Shown: in pieces, positions 28,267 through 38,994 of the stretch
How the letters are laid out: the number at the start of each line of letters is the position of its first letter
Numbering within the stretch: the first letter of the stretch is position 1
DNA from: a bacterium
GTDB taxonomy: Bacteria; Electryoneota; Electryoneia; Electryoneales; Electryoneaceae
Direction of reading: 5' to 3'
Assembly: GCA_963669175.1 (NCBI GenBank)
Contig: OY769902.1
Span: 3,456,001-3,520,000 of the forward strand
DNA length: 64,000 bases
Made by a program: the position numbers and the translations under genes
The notes under the pieces: model-generated
What the model was told of the DNA's origin: nothing
The model's database searches: none
Seen by the model: only the letters and a program-made list of their open reading frames with translations

Positions 28267-30615
28267 ATGAATAAAAGCATCGTTCTGGTACTCGTATTGT
28301 TGTTATTCGCGTCGATTTCGCTCGCCGACTGGCCGGAAGGCTACCACAATCCCCAACAAATCGAAGACTTCATTTTCGCGTTACAGGATTCCGCCAATGA
28401 GCTGGGAATCGGCAACCGCATGCAGATTGACACCATCGGTTACAGCCAGCAGAACCAGTGGCCGATTTACGCGGTGAAGGTTGCGGATGACGCTACGATT
28501 GAACGTGATTGTACTGCTGTTCTCTTCATAGGTCAGGTTCACGCGGAGGAAGTCAGTGGAGTTGAATTAGTTCTGAACATGATTGAAAACTGCATTTTTA
28601 ACCAGCGGTATGCGTATCGCAATCGACGTGAATACTTGGACATGTACTTCATCCCGACAGCTAATCCCGAAGGCATGGGGATTGTTTTTGGCACCCATCC
28701 TTATTGTAATGATGGAATTGGTACTGAAGGATATGATAGAACTTTCAGAAAAAACTGTCGAATTAATCCTTTGGAAGAATATTTCCGGTACTGCATTTCC
28801 GTGGATGGCGATGACTCTTCCGGTGTAGATATCAATCGCAATTTCAACCTCAACTTCTTCAGAAGTGACACTCTTTACGACACTCTCATGCACAGGGGAG
28901 AAATATTTGATTATTATCGAGGACCATCCCCTTGTAGTGAAGCAGAAACACAAGCCATCGTTGATTATATATCATCGTTAAAACCCCAATATAGCGCAAC
29001 GTACCACACATCAAGGAGTACATTATTTTCTATGCATATCATGTATCCTTGGGATTGGGGGTTGGAGCACGATAAGCAAGCTCCGGATTCACTCTTGCTT
29101 AAAGATACTGCTATTCGATTTGCTGAACTTTGTAGCGGAAACTTGATACTGCCTTTCAGACCTGCGCCTTCAGGCAGACGCGACAGTAAAATGCACGACT
29201 GGATGTATGCGGAAGGCGGTTGGATCAACATGCAGACTGAATTGCGTTGCATTCAACCCCCGATTGATTCGCTGCGCCGCTGGATAGAAGAATACAAACA
29301 AGGCGCGTATTACCTGATGGACCGTGCCTACGGCAGTTATGACATTGAAGGTTCTACCGGTCAGTTAAAACTGTTGGTTCAGGATGAAGCCGGTAATCCG
29401 ATTCATGCTGAGGTCATGGTACCGTCTCTTCATTGCGGTTATTTCAAGCCACGCATGACCAAACCGGAAACAGGCACCTATCGTCGTCCCTTCCTGCAGG
29501 GCAATTATGAAGTCGTGGTCAGTGCCTTCGGGTATGTGTCCGACACAACCACCTACGCCGTCCCGGAACAGGGAATCGCCGGGTACACGGTCACACTTGA
29601 ACGTATGCCTCATCACCTGGTGCACCTCGGCCTGTTTGACGGCAACGACCCCGACAACATGTCACACCTGTCCGGAACGATGGTCGTCCACCATGACTGG
29701 GGCATTGACACGCTAGAAGTCAACGACGGCTACATGCTGCGTCGCTGGCCAGCTGGTGATTATACGATTGAAGCCTGGGCGGATGGTTACATCCCCTATC
29801 GTGAAACTGTTACCGTATCCGATACAACCGTATTCCGCGCCAACCTGGTTTCAGCCAACGATATCTGGCGTGACGGTTTTGAAGAACATACTCTTCCCGA
29901 CCGCTGGACATACGATGGTGACTTTGTCTGGGCGCATGCCGGGTACGACAAGAAGGAAGGTGTCGCCTCGCTCAAGAGTGGTGGCCCCAGCCTGATGCTT
30001 CTGAATAATGTGACCGGGACACTGTATCTCGACATCGACATGCCGGAGACGGATGAATCTGTCGCGCTGACCGGCTGGCGTTGTTTTGAACTTGAACCGG
30101 ATTACGATTTCTGCACAGTGGAAATCAGTGTTGACGATGGTGACTGGGAAGAGCTGGAAATCCTGAATGGTTTCTCACGCTGGCAACCGTTCTTCTACGA
30201 CCTGCGGCCCTACCTGGATGCGAACAGTGTAGAGATCCGCTGGACCATCGCGATGGATCATTCCAACGATGACCGTGGCCTCTTCCTCGATGAAGTCGCC
30301 CTGGTGTCAAACGCGGTATTCGAAGCGCCGGAGATTGACGCAAAGCTTCCCGGAACCTTTGCACTGGAAAACGCCTATCCGAACCCGTTCAATCCAACCA
30401 CCATGCTGACCTATTCTGTCGCGGCGAATGTGCCGGTCACGCTGAAGGTCTTTGATGTACTGGGACGTGAAGTGATGACTGCGTTTGACGGCATCCGTAA
30501 CGCGGGACAGTACCGTCTGGAACTGGACATGAGCAGCTTCGCCACCGGTATCTACTTCGTCCGCATGGATGCGCCAGGGTTTCAACAGGTTAAGAAACTT
30601 GTACTGGTGAAATAA
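28267..30615 (+). CDS. M14 zinc carboxypeptidase with T9SS-type C-terminal sorting domain (paralogue 2)
   Basis: HAEE, ANPEG, RKN, GVDINRNF, SEAETQA, YHT; GGAGG RBS before ATG 28267; same C-terminal domain. Confidence 0.88.
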   Translation: MNKSIVLVLVLLLFASISLADWPEGYHNPQQIEDFIFALQDSANELGIGNRMQIDTIGYSQQNQWPIYAVKVADDATIERDCTAVLFIGQVHAEEVSGVELVLNMIENCIFNQRYAYRNRREYLDMYFIPTANPEGMGIVFGTHPYCNDGIGTEGYDRTFRKNCRINPLEEYFRYCISVDGDDSSGVDINRNFNLNFFRSDTLYDTLMHRGEIFDYYRGPSPCSEAETQAIVDYISSLKPQYSATYHTSRSTLFSMHIMYPWDWGLEHDKQAPDSLLLKDTAIRFAELCSGNLILPFRPAPSGRRDSKMHDWMYAEGGWINMQTELRCIQPPIDSLRRWIEEYKQGAYYLMDRAYGSYDIEGSTGQLKLLVQDEAGNPIHAEVMVPSLHCGYFKPRMTKPETGTYRRPFLQGNYEVVVSAFGYVSDTTTYAVPEQGIAGYTVTLERMPHHLVHLGLFDGNDPDNMSHLSGTMVVHHDWGIDTLEVNDGYMLRRWPAGDYTIEAWADGYIPYRETVTVSDTTVFRANLVSANDIWRDGFEEHTLPDRWTYDGDFVWAHAGYDKKEGVASLKSGGPSLMLLNNVTGTLYLDIDMPETDESVALTGWRCFELEPDYDFCTVEISVDDGDWEELEILNGFSRWQPFFYDLRPYLDANSVEIRWTIAMDHSNDDRGLFLDEVALVSNAVFEAPEIDAKLPGTFALENAYPNPFNPTTMLTYSVAANVPVTLKVFDVLGREVMTAFDGIRNAGQYRLELDMSSFATGIYFVRMDAPGFQQVKKLVLVK
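29464..29870 (+). repeat. Second copy of the 407-bp identical tract
   Basis: Matches 26917-27323 at offset 2547. Confidence 0.85.
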
Positions 30616-30632
30616 GGATTTTTTTCACCGTC

Positions 30633-30670
30633 ACAACCCCGTTCGGATATCTGAACGGGGTTGTTCGTTT
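30633..30670 (+). terminator. Intrinsic terminator
   Basis: ACAACCCCGTTCGGA/TCTGAACGGGGTTGT stem after the stop. Confidence 0.7.
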
Positions 30671-30753
30671 CATGGCTGCTCCGCTTTTCATTTACACTAA
30701 AATGATGTATTTTCCATACGTTCTTTTTACTTTGACCTGATCCGGGATAGGTT

Positions 30754-32046
30754 ATGTCCAGCACACCGCAGAAGCCTCTCAGCATTCCTTCTTCCAAACC
30801 TGATTTCTGGAAAAGTCTTGGCCCGGGGTTATTATGGGCAGGCGCTGCAATCGGAGTATCTCACCTTGTACAGTCTACACGTGCCGGAGCCAGTTATGGT
30901 TATGCCCTGGTCTGGGCGGTTGTCCTTGTAAACCTGTTTAAGTACCCGTTTTTTGAATTCGGCCCACGTTATGCCGCTGCGACCGGTGAAACACTGATCG
31001 AAGGCTATCAGAGACTGGGGAAATGGGCCATTTATGCCTACCTGGCTGTAACCTTCGCAACCATGTTTTCCGTTCAGGCAGCCGTTACAATCGTCACTGC
31101 CGGATTGGCGATGCAACTTTTCAATATCGGTGTCGGGATATTCCCCTGGTGTGGTATCATTATCGCCATTTGCATACTTCTTTTGCTTCTGGGACGTTAT
31201 CCCCTGCTGGACAGCATGATGAAAATCATCATCATCATCCTGACTCTGTCCACCCTGTTTGCTGTCGGGTTGGCCGTCTCGCATGGATCAAGCTGCCCAC
31301 CGGACTTTGAACCGCCAAGTGTATGGAATCTTGCCGGTGTGACATTCCTGGTCGCTTTGATGGGCTGGATGCCAGCGCCGATAGATGTCGCCGTGTGGCA
31401 TTCGGTATGGACCAGGGAACGCTTCAAACAGACCAGTCATCGTCCTTCAGTAAAAGAAGCGATTCTTGATTTCAAGATCGGCTTTTTCGGCACTGCGATC
31501 CTGGCATTCGGCTTCCTTTTGCTTGGCGCTCTGGTTATGTATGGCACTGGTGAGACCTTCAGTGAGAAAGGGATTGTATTTGCCGGGCAGTTGGTGTCGC
31601 TCTATACCAAATCCCTGGGCGCCTGGAGCAGACCGTTTATCCTGATTGCTGCCTTTACTACCCTGTTCAGTACAACATTGACAGTAACCGATGCTTTCCC
31701 GCGCGTCCTACTACGTTCCACACATGTCCTTTTCCCGAAAATCCAGGGAAAGAAACCGGATTTTATCATCTATTTCGGCTGGATGGCCTTGATATGTAGC
31801 GGAGCGCTGTTACTGCTCTCCTGGTTGTCAGGCAGCCTGACATTCATGGTAGACCTGGCGACAATCATTTCATTTGTGACAGCGCCGCTGCTGGGATATA
31901 TGAATTACAAGGTGATCCTTGGGAAGAATGTTCCGGAAGAAGACAAACCCGGCAAGGGATTGCGTATTTTGAGCTGGGCCGGTTTGGCTTTTCTGATCCT
32001 GTTTAACGTGATCTTTATAGTCTGGCGTTTTGGCATACAGAAGTAA
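30754..32046 (+). CDS. NRAMP/MntH-like (APC superfamily) membrane transporter
   Basis: LGPGLLWAGAAIGVSHLVQSTRAGA, KYPFFEFGPRYAAATGE, ALMGWMPAP; about 11 TM segments. Confidence 0.8.
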   Translation: MSSTPQKPLSIPSSKPDFWKSLGPGLLWAGAAIGVSHLVQSTRAGASYGYALVWAVVLVNLFKYPFFEFGPRYAAATGETLIEGYQRLGKWAIYAYLAVTFATMFSVQAAVTIVTAGLAMQLFNIGVGIFPWCGIIIAICILLLLLGRYPLLDSMMKIIIIILTLSTLFAVGLAVSHGSSCPPDFEPPSVWNLAGVTFLVALMGWMPAPIDVAVWHSVWTRERFKQTSHRPSVKEAILDFKIGFFGTAILAFGFLLLGALVMYGTGETFSEKGIVFAGQLVSLYTKSLGAWSRPFILIAAFTTLFSTTLTVTDAFPRVLLRSTHVLFPKIQGKKPDFIIYFGWMALICSGALLLLSWLSGSLTFMVDLATIISFVTAPLLGYMNYKVILGKNVPEEDKPGKGLRILSWAGLAFLILFNVIFIVWRFGIQK

Positions 32047-32063
32047 CACCCGGGAGATGTGTC

Positions 32064-33800
32064 ATGACTGTTTCAATCGTCATTTTGACCGCTGTTCTCT
32101 ATATCCTTGCTTACAACACGTACGGACGCTACCTGGGACGCAAGATATTTAACCTCAGCATGAGCAGTGAAACCCCTGCGCATACGTTAAACGATGACCG
32201 TGATTATGTGCCGACCAAACGGTTCATTCTTTTCGGTCATCACTACACATCTATCGCAGGCACCGGCCCAATTGTCGGTCCGGCCATCGCTGTGATCTGG
32301 GGTTGGCTGCCTGCTTTACTCTGGATTCTGATAGGCTCGATATTCATGGGCGCAGTGCATGATTTCGGGACATTGATCCTGTCCGCACGAAACGAAGGCA
32401 AAAGCGTCGGTGAAATTTCCGGGATGTTTCTTGGCACCAAAACAAGAATCCTCTTCCTGCTGGTGATCTTCATTACACTCCTGATAATCGTAGCGATTTT
32501 CGGTTTGGTGATCGTTTCCATTTTCGAGATCTACCCTCAATCGGTGATTCCAGTCTGGCTGCAGATTCCAATTGCGGTGGCGCTTGGCTACTATTTTCGC
32601 AGAGCGGGATCGAACAGGACAGTTGCTTCGATTATTGCCGTTGTGCTTATGTACCTTGCGATTATTCTCGGGGCTTATGTTCCTGTAACTATGCCGCCTT
32701 TAGGCCCAATCCCGTCACTCATTCCATGGCTGGTCATACTTTACATTTACGCCTACACAGCTTCCATTCTTCCTGTCTGGAAACTCCTGCAACCTCGTGA
32801 CTACCTGAACAGCATACAGTTGATCGTGGCCATGGGGCTCATGTTCCTGGCAATCCTGTTTGTACATCCGGAAATGAGCGCTCCGGCGGTTGTGGCTTCG
32901 CCTTCCGGCGCACCACCTATTTTTCCATTCCTCTTCATCACTATAGCCTGCGGGGCCATCAGCGGCTTTCACAGTCTTGTCGGTTCGGGTACCTCTTCCA
33001 AGCAACTGGACACGGAACCGGATTCAAAAGCGATCGGGTATGGCGGCATGCTGCTCGAAGGTGTTCTGGCTATGCTGGTTGTTGTATCCGCTACGGCTGG
33101 TCTGGGCATGCACTACGAGACAGGATGGTTTTTCCCGAATGCGCCTGCGGAAGTGCTGACAGGTCATGAAGCGTTTGCCCGTCATTACGCTTCCTGGGGC
33201 GCTGCTCAGGGACTAGGTGTCAAAATCGGCGCCTTTGTGCATGGAGCGGCCAATATCCTTGAAGGCATGGGAATTCCGGTGAATATCTCCATGGCGTTGA
33301 TGGGAATGTTTGTCGCCTCATTCGCCGGGACAACGCTCGACACAGCCTCTCGTATCCAGCGTTACATCGTATCCGAGCTGGCTACGACAGCCCATTTCAA
33401 ACCATTGCAGGGGCCAAAAGCAGCGACCGGGTTTGCTGTCATTTCTGCAGCAGTCCTCGCTTTCGCCCCGATAAAAGATGCCGCCGGGAATTGGGTTTTC
33501 GGTAAAGGTGGCCTGATTCTATGGCCGTTATTCGGAACATCCAACCAGCTCCTTGCTGCGTTATCATTGGCTGTAATCACTGTCTACCTGGTACGCAGGA
33601 AGATCAACCGCTGGGTCACCCTTATCCCCATGCTGATCATGTTTGTCGTTTCAACCTATGCAATTGTATTGAACCTTCATACATACTTCACGACACACCA
33701 GTATCATCTTCTTATCATTGGGTTGGTATTGCTTGTTGTGGATTTTCTTGTTGTGGGAGTCGCGTTTCGGACATTCCTGCCGCAAAAATCAAACGATTAA
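32064..33800 (+). CDS. cstA: Carbon starvation protein A (peptide/pyruvate transporter)
   Basis: TPAH...DYVPT...LFGHHYTSIAGTGPIVGP, GAVHD, LLQPRDY, FITIACGAISGFHSL, IWPLFGTSNQLLA-type motif. Confidence 0.93.
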   Translation: MTVSIVILTAVLYILAYNTYGRYLGRKIFNLSMSSETPAHTLNDDRDYVPTKRFILFGHHYTSIAGTGPIVGPAIAVIWGWLPALLWILIGSIFMGAVHDFGTLILSARNEGKSVGEISGMFLGTKTRILFLLVIFITLLIIVAIFGLVIVSIFEIYPQSVIPVWLQIPIAVALGYYFRRAGSNRTVASIIAVVLMYLAIILGAYVPVTMPPLGPIPSLIPWLVILYIYAYTASILPVWKLLQPRDYLNSIQLIVAMGLMFLAILFVHPEMSAPAVVASPSGAPPIFPFLFITIACGAISGFHSLVGSGTSSKQLDTEPDSKAIGYGGMLLEGVLAMLVVVSATAGLGMHYETGWFFPNAPAEVLTGHEAFARHYASWGAAQGLGVKIGAFVHGAANILEGMGIPVNISMALMGMFVASFAGTTLDTASRIQRYIVSELATTAHFKPLQGPKAATGFAVISAAVLAFAPIKDAAGNWVFGKGGLILWPLFGTSNQLLAALSLAVITVYLVRRKINRWVTLIPMLIMFVVSTYAIVLNLHTYFTTHQYHLLIIGLVLLVVDFLVVGVAFRTFLPQKSND

Positions 33801-33891
33801 ACCTATGCTCACAGCTTGACCGGGTACAGGATTAGATTCTACCTTCAGGTGCAGAATCGCCGCTTCCCCGCGCGCGAAAACAGGACAGTCC

Positions 33892-35922
33892 ATGACTACA
33901 GCCGAAGAATCAAGACGATCTGAGAAACGCCGTGATGCACGACAGAAGTTCCGCCTGCGGGACCATCCTGCAATCATCCTGTTCCTGGTAGCTCTTGCCG
34001 TGCGTCTGGTTTACCTGGGCACATTGGCGGCGCGTCCCGGGTTTAACATTCCTATTGTTGATGAAATCGCCTATGACCGCATGGCGCGTTTCTTCATGAC
34101 TGTACTGGACCTTGAGCCCGGCCCGTTGTTCCGTCCCCCCTTCTGGCCTGCCATCCTTGGCCTCAGTTACATGATGTTCGGCTCGGCATTTGGCATCGCG
34201 CGTATTGTAAATGTCGTGCTTGGCGCTTTATCTGTTGCAGCGGCCTATCGTGTCGGTACAAAAATCGTTGATAAAAAGGTCGCTTTCATCGGTGGACTTA
34301 TCCTGTGTGTATACGGTTTCTTCGTTCACATTAACGCGACCGGGCTTGCAACATCATTGCTGATTTACCTGGTCATGGAAGCGATGAACCTGACCTTACG
34401 CACTCGCAGGAGTGGTTACTGGGGAAGCGCGTTGTTTGCGGGTTTCCTGTGGGGATTGGCAGCGATCACACGCCCCATCGCATTGATTCCTGTTGTCATT
34501 CTGCTGATTGACCTGGCGCTCAGAAAAGTCTTCCCGGTAAAGAAAAAGTATATCCACATTGTAATCCTGGTTTTGGGACTCTTCATAGCAATTACGCCTG
34601 TTACAGTTCGTAACATGCTTCACGGTGATACTGCCCTGATCTGCACCAATGGTGGCATCAACTTTTACCTTGGCAATAACCCGGTCGCAACCGGTTTCAC
34701 AGCTTTCCATCCCGCGCTTGGCGTGTTCTGGACACCAGAAACAGCTCATGTCTGGGCGGAAAACATGGCCGGGAAACGTATGAACCCGACCGATGTATCG
34801 AGCTTCTATGCACGTGAAGGTTTGTTGTACCTGATCAATAATCCCATGGATGCACTTGGTCTGTGGGGACGGAAAACTGTCCTGCTCTTGTCCGGACAGG
34901 AGATATCCAATAATGGCGACCTGGATTTCATGGCCAATGATAATCCATTGTTGAAAATACTCCTGATGCTCGGGTATGGTGTTCTGCTCCCCTTCGCACT
35001 GGCCGGAATGGTTCTGTTGTGGATGCGAGGTCCGGAACAACGCCTGACCATCCTGATCGCTTTGTCGCTGTTGTTTATCAATATCCTGTTCTTCGTTAGC
35101 GCACGCTACCGTTTACCCGCTATTCCCTTCTTTGCCCTGTTCGCCGCTGCGGCTGGATCGTACCTGCTTCGCGCTGACTGGAAAACGCAGGGACGTGAAG
35201 TTCTCCTGGTTGGAGCATGTATTGTAGTTCTGGGATTACCGGTAAACCTGAATCTTGGCGGCCTGCCAACCGGTGGCAACCCCGCTTACGGATGGTTTAT
35301 TCGTGGGCAGGTGCTGGCGCGTGAAGATAATCCCCTGGAAGCGGAAAAGGCATTCCTGAACGCACTGGAATACAATCCCAGAACGCCACTGGCCAACTAT
35401 TATGTTGGTGAAATACGTCTGAAACATGGCGATGCGGAGAAAGCCGTTACGTACTTCCAGCAGGAATTGGCGAACGGTCCAAGCAAAATGGCTTCCAAGA
35501 GGCTGGGTCTGGCCTATCGTCAGCTCGGAAAACGAAAACAGGCAGAAGAGGCTTTCCGGGACGCCCTGTCAATCGATCCGGAAGACGCTGAAATCCGAAC
35601 GATGTTGGCCCAGGAAATCGGTGAACAGGGTATTTCAGCGGCGGACAGCCAGGAATGGGAAAAAGCGCTGAAGTTGTTTGAACAGGCGATGCAGATTGAC
35701 CCGAATAATCCCTTCTTCGCCTTCGGTATTGCCAGCTCGCAATACATGATGGGCGATACCACGCTTGCCGGAAATATGATGAAAGCCCTGTACTCGGCCT
35801 CGCCAGGTTTTCCGCCTGCACAGGAATGGGCTAACGGATGGCGTCCGGACCAGGAAGAATCCGGTCCGAAATTGTTTGTTCCCGAAGCCAGACAACCGGC
35901 AGGCGCTGCTTCGCTGGAATAG
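33892..35922 (+). CDS. GT-C fold membrane glycosyltransferase (ArnT/PMT-like) with C-terminal TPRs
   Basis: VDEIAYD acidic motif, FRPPFWP, GLAAITRP, NGGINFYLGNNP, ARYRLP; TPR repeats (ALEYNP, ALSIDPED, AMQIDPNN). Confidence 0.8.
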   Translation: MTTAEESRRSEKRRDARQKFRLRDHPAIILFLVALAVRLVYLGTLAARPGFNIPIVDEIAYDRMARFFMTVLDLEPGPLFRPPFWPAILGLSYMMFGSAFGIARIVNVVLGALSVAAAYRVGTKIVDKKVAFIGGLILCVYGFFVHINATGLATSLLIYLVMEAMNLTLRTRRSGYWGSALFAGFLWGLAAITRPIALIPVVILLIDLALRKVFPVKKKYIHIVILVLGLFIAITPVTVRNMLHGDTALICTNGGINFYLGNNPVATGFTAFHPALGVFWTPETAHVWAENMAGKRMNPTDVSSFYAREGLLYLINNPMDALGLWGRKTVLLLSGQEISNNGDLDFMANDNPLLKILLMLGYGVLLPFALAGMVLLWMRGPEQRLTILIALSLLFINILFFVSARYRLPAIPFFALFAAAAGSYLLRADWKTQGREVLLVGACIVVLGLPVNLNLGGLPTGGNPAYGWFIRGQVLAREDNPLEAEKAFLNALEYNPRTPLANYYVGEIRLKHGDAEKAVTYFQQELANGPSKMASKRLGLAYRQLGKRKQAEEAFRDALSIDPEDAEIRTMLAQEIGEQGISAADSQEWEKALKLFEQAMQIDPNNPFFAFGIASSQYMMGDTTLAGNMMKALYSASPGFPPAQEWANGWRPDQEESGPKLFVPEARQPAGAASLE

Positions 35923-35942
35923 TAATGGTTTCGTTACGAATG

Positions 35943-36335
35943 TTATGGTAGTGATCGGTTATAGACTGCTTTAATCAGCAACCACCCAATAAGACAACCG
36001 ATGACATAATGCGGGAAATCCAACCAGACGAACGTGGTACCTATCAGTGTAGCCCCGATAAACGTGGCCCTGAACGCTTCCAGAAATGGTGGATGCCAGA
36101 GTTGAAGTATCTCCAGCAGACATGTCCCAGCCAGAACAAACAGCGGAATCAGCAGCAGGTTTCTTCGTGAAGGAAAAAGAAGAAAGAACAGGACTATAAA
36201 AAACACCTCATAAAGCACTCCAGCGCCATAATCGGCGAACCAGGAATGCACACTCCCCAGGACCAGCTTGGAAGTAAAACCGGCGAAAGTGGTCACAAGC
36301 AGTAAACCGGCCAATATCAATCTCAGCCTTGCCAT
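35943..36335 (-). CDS. Small membrane protein (DUF2809-like)
   Basis: EILQLWHPPFLEAFRATFIGATLIGTTF.W.D...Y.IG motif; 4 TM segments. Confidence 0.7.
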   Translation of the reverse strand: MARLRLILAGLLLVTTFAGFTSKLVLGSVHSWFADYGAGVLYEVFFIVLFFLLFPSRRNLLLIPLFVLAGTCLLEILQLWHPPFLEAFRATFIGATLIGTTFVWLDFPHYVIGCLIGWLLIKAVYNRSLP

Positions 36336-36348
36336 GCAAGCACTCCCG

Positions 36349-37008
36349 CTATCGGCATAAGCATATGGCCTCTATTCGTTTCCAACCACTCTTCCTTGCT
36401 TCGGACGCAAGTCGCTTGATTGTTGTTCCTGTATGAACAACATCATCCACGATATAGACTGTCCGGTGAGGATGTTCACAGACCGCAAAAGCAAATGTAT
36501 CCTTCAATGCTTTTCGACGTTCTTCATCACTGAGAACAGATTGATGCACACCCTTTTTCAGACGTTTTGCCAGTTCAGGCATACAAGGCAATCCGGTTGC
36601 ACGGGACAGCGATGTTGCCAGTTCGGCCGCAGGATTAAATCCACGATCGCGCCTTCGTGTCGGATGATCAGGAACCGGTACAAGGATGCCCGGCCGTGAT
36701 TCGAAGTGCATCTTTTGTAATCGTTTAACCAGAAAGAAACCAAGAGATTCAGCCAGAATCGGCGTTTCGGCAAACTTGAAGGCATGGATAATCTGACGTA
36801 AACGGTCATCGTAGCGAAAACCAACCCAGATGTGATCAACATTGCTGATTTCCGGTACTTCGCCTGCTGTTGTAAGGCTGTTCCAGCATTGATTACAGAC
36901 ATTCCCCTCATCAACTTCCATATCGCTTTCACATACCAGGCAGGTTCGTGGCCAGATCGTATCTGCCACCATATCCCAGGCAATGTGAAGCGGATGAGTC
37001 ATTATCAC
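36349..37008 (-). CDS. comF: ComF family phosphoribosyltransferase-like protein
   Basis: CLVC/CNQC zinc ribbon, VPVP.H..R...RGFN, IVDDVVHTGTT. Confidence 0.88.
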   Translation of the reverse strand: MIMTHPLHIAWDMVADTIWPRTCLVCESDMEVDEGNVCNQCWNSLTTAGEVPEISNVDHIWVGFRYDDRLRQIIHAFKFAETPILAESLGFFLVKRLQKMHFESRPGILVPVPDHPTRRRDRGFNPAAELATSLSRATGLPCMPELAKRLKKGVHQSVLSDEERRKALKDTFAFAVCEHPHRTVYIVDDVVHTGTTIKRLASEARKSGWKRIEAICLCR

Positions 37009-38906
37009 CCCTCTGTTATACAGCGCTGATCGTCAACACGTTCGGTCAGTCCTTGTGCGTCAAAGTATTCCAACAATGGAATCATATACTTGCGTGTACT
37101 TTCAAGCTTTTCTGCCGCCTGTCCAACCGTGAATAATTCGCCTGGTTTGAAATTCTCGAGCAGTTTCTCTTTTGCCAGCGCAACCGCTTCAATCGAAACA
37201 ACCACTCGTTCATCCAGGATAATCACTTTTCCCATCAGTTTCAGGGCCCGCAGCAATCGCCGGACTTCTTCCGTTTTCATCCCCAACGATTCCGCGATGG
37301 TTGCCTGCAATGGCGCATTTATCCCAGCATCCCGTACAACGACAAGAATTTTCTCGGCCGGTTCTTCGTCTGCTTTACGCAAGTGAACCACATGACTGCT
37401 CATGCCAAGCGCCCCATCAGCGAACCTGTAGTCGCCGGAAGACTCCAGTTCACGAAGCAATCCGGATGTAATTTCATCCGGCAGCGTCATTCCCGTAACT
37501 TCCTCCAGCCATGCAGCCTTGGTCATTCCCGATTCTTCCGGGAAACGATTGTGATAAGCTTCAAGTATTTCTTTAGTATTGCCAACCCAATTCATCCATA
37601 TATTGCTTATTACATACACATTATCGACAGCCTCAATTCGTAGTATCTGACCTGCATTGATGTTATTCTGTAATGCTGATTGTATGCGTTCCATGCGCCA
37701 GGGCAATAGTCTTACAATCGTCTTTTCAGTCATCCAGATGCGTGATTGAATCAACCCACACACCACATCGGCATCAGTTCCGGCCAGTAGCGATATTCTA
37801 TTTTCAAGATGTGCCTGGTTACGTTTTTTGTCCGGTGGTTGGGGATCAAGTACACGCACCCCCCCCAGTGTCTCAACCGGTGAATAGAGACGCAGCACCC
37901 CACGGTCGCCAAGCATGCACGGGATAGACGATTCAAGATCAATACGCGCGAAGCCTTTCTCGCCTGATTCGATCTGATCCGTACCAACCAGTAGTACTCT
38001 ACCGATTGATTCAGCCGTTCCCAGGTGCAGACGTACACGCATGCGATGTTTTACCGGGCGCGCATTGGGCAATAACGATATCTGGATATCCAGGAACGAT
38101 TCCGCGGTTCCACGTCCTTCAACCGTAAGCTGATCGCCACGTTCCGGCTCACCGTCACCGGAAAGGTTCAGCGCGGCACGATCACCGGTACGAACCTGAT
38201 CCACTGCTGTTTCATGCGCCTGCATCCCTCGCACACGGAAATCTTTTCCATCAGGGAGCAATACCAGCTTCTTCCCTGCCTCAATAGCGCCACTCCAGAC
38301 AGTGCCGGTAACGACCCGCCCATGCCCTTTTATCAGGAAACTCCGGTCTACCGGCATCCGGAAAAAGCCGGGATCTTCCCATCCAGTCGTAGAATCAATC
38401 AGTGCGTCCAGCGAGCCCTTCAGCTCATCGATTCCACGTCCGCTGATACTGTCAACAACATGCACCGGTGAGCCATGCAAACTGGTCGGCTCAAGCAGTT
38501 CCTTCACTTCTTCTTCAACCAACGCGGCCCATTCTTCATCGACAAGATCAGCTTTGGTAACAGCCACAATCCCTTTTTCCACGCCCATGGCATCCAGAAC
38601 AGCAAGATGCTCACGAGTTTGCGGCATTACCCCATCATCCGCGGCAACAACCAGCAACGCTGCACGCATGGCCGAAGCGCCGGCAATCATGGTTTTTACC
38701 AGCCGCTCGTGACCCGGCACATCGACAAATGCAGCACGGTCGCTGTAAAACGCGAAGCCAAGTTCAATCGTTATACCACGCTGTTTTTCTTCCTTCAACT
38801 TGTCTGTATCAGTTCCGGTGAGCGCTTTTACCAGGGTGGTCTTGCCATGATCGATATGGCCCGCAGTGCCAATGACTACATGAGGCGGTCGCTGCTGTTC
38901 AAACAT
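37005..38906 (-). CDS. selB: Selenocysteine-specific translation elongation factor
   Basis: [40 protein letters not shown]-terminal [14 protein letters not shown] winged helix. Confidence 0.95.
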   Translation of the reverse strand: MFEQQRPPHVVIGTAGHIDHGKTTLVKALTGTDTDKLKEEKQRGITIELGFAFYSDRAAFVDVPGHERLVKTMIAGASAMRAALLVVAADDGVMPQTREHLAVLDAMGVEKGIVAVTKADLVDEEWAALVEEEVKELLEPTSLHGSPVHVVDSISGRGIDELKGSLDALIDSTTGWEDPGFFRMPVDRSFLIKGHGRVVTGTVWSGAIEAGKKLVLLPDGKDFRVRGMQAHETAVDQVRTGDRAALNLSGDGEPERGDQLTVEGRGTAESFLDIQISLLPNARPVKHRMRVRLHLGTAESIGRVLLVGTDQIESGEKGFARIDLESSIPCMLGDRGVLRLYSPVETLGGVRVLDPQPPDKKRNQAHLENRISLLAGTDADVVCGLIQSRIWMTEKTIVRLLPWRMERIQSALQNNINAGQILRIEAVDNVYVISNIWMNWVGNTKEILEAYHNRFPEESGMTKAAWLEEVTGMTLPDEITSGLLRELESSGDYRFADGALGMSSHVVHLRKADEEPAEKILVVVRDAGINAPLQATIAESLGMKTEEVRRLLRALKLMGKVIILDERVVVSIEAVALAKEKLLENFKPGELFTVGQAAEKLESTRKYMIPLLEYFDAQGLTERVDDQRCITEG

Positions 38907-38994
38907 GATCTACCTTGTCGTAGCTGTAAAGAGGTTCGTGTGGATAAACGATACGAGCTGATCCTGAATGGATGCAACTACTGAACGGGCAAGA

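Noticed and set aside
26917-30615. Diversity-generating retroelement template/variable repeat pair
   Set aside because: No reverse transcriptase in the window, both copies are within intact paralogous genes, and mismatches are not adenine-specific.
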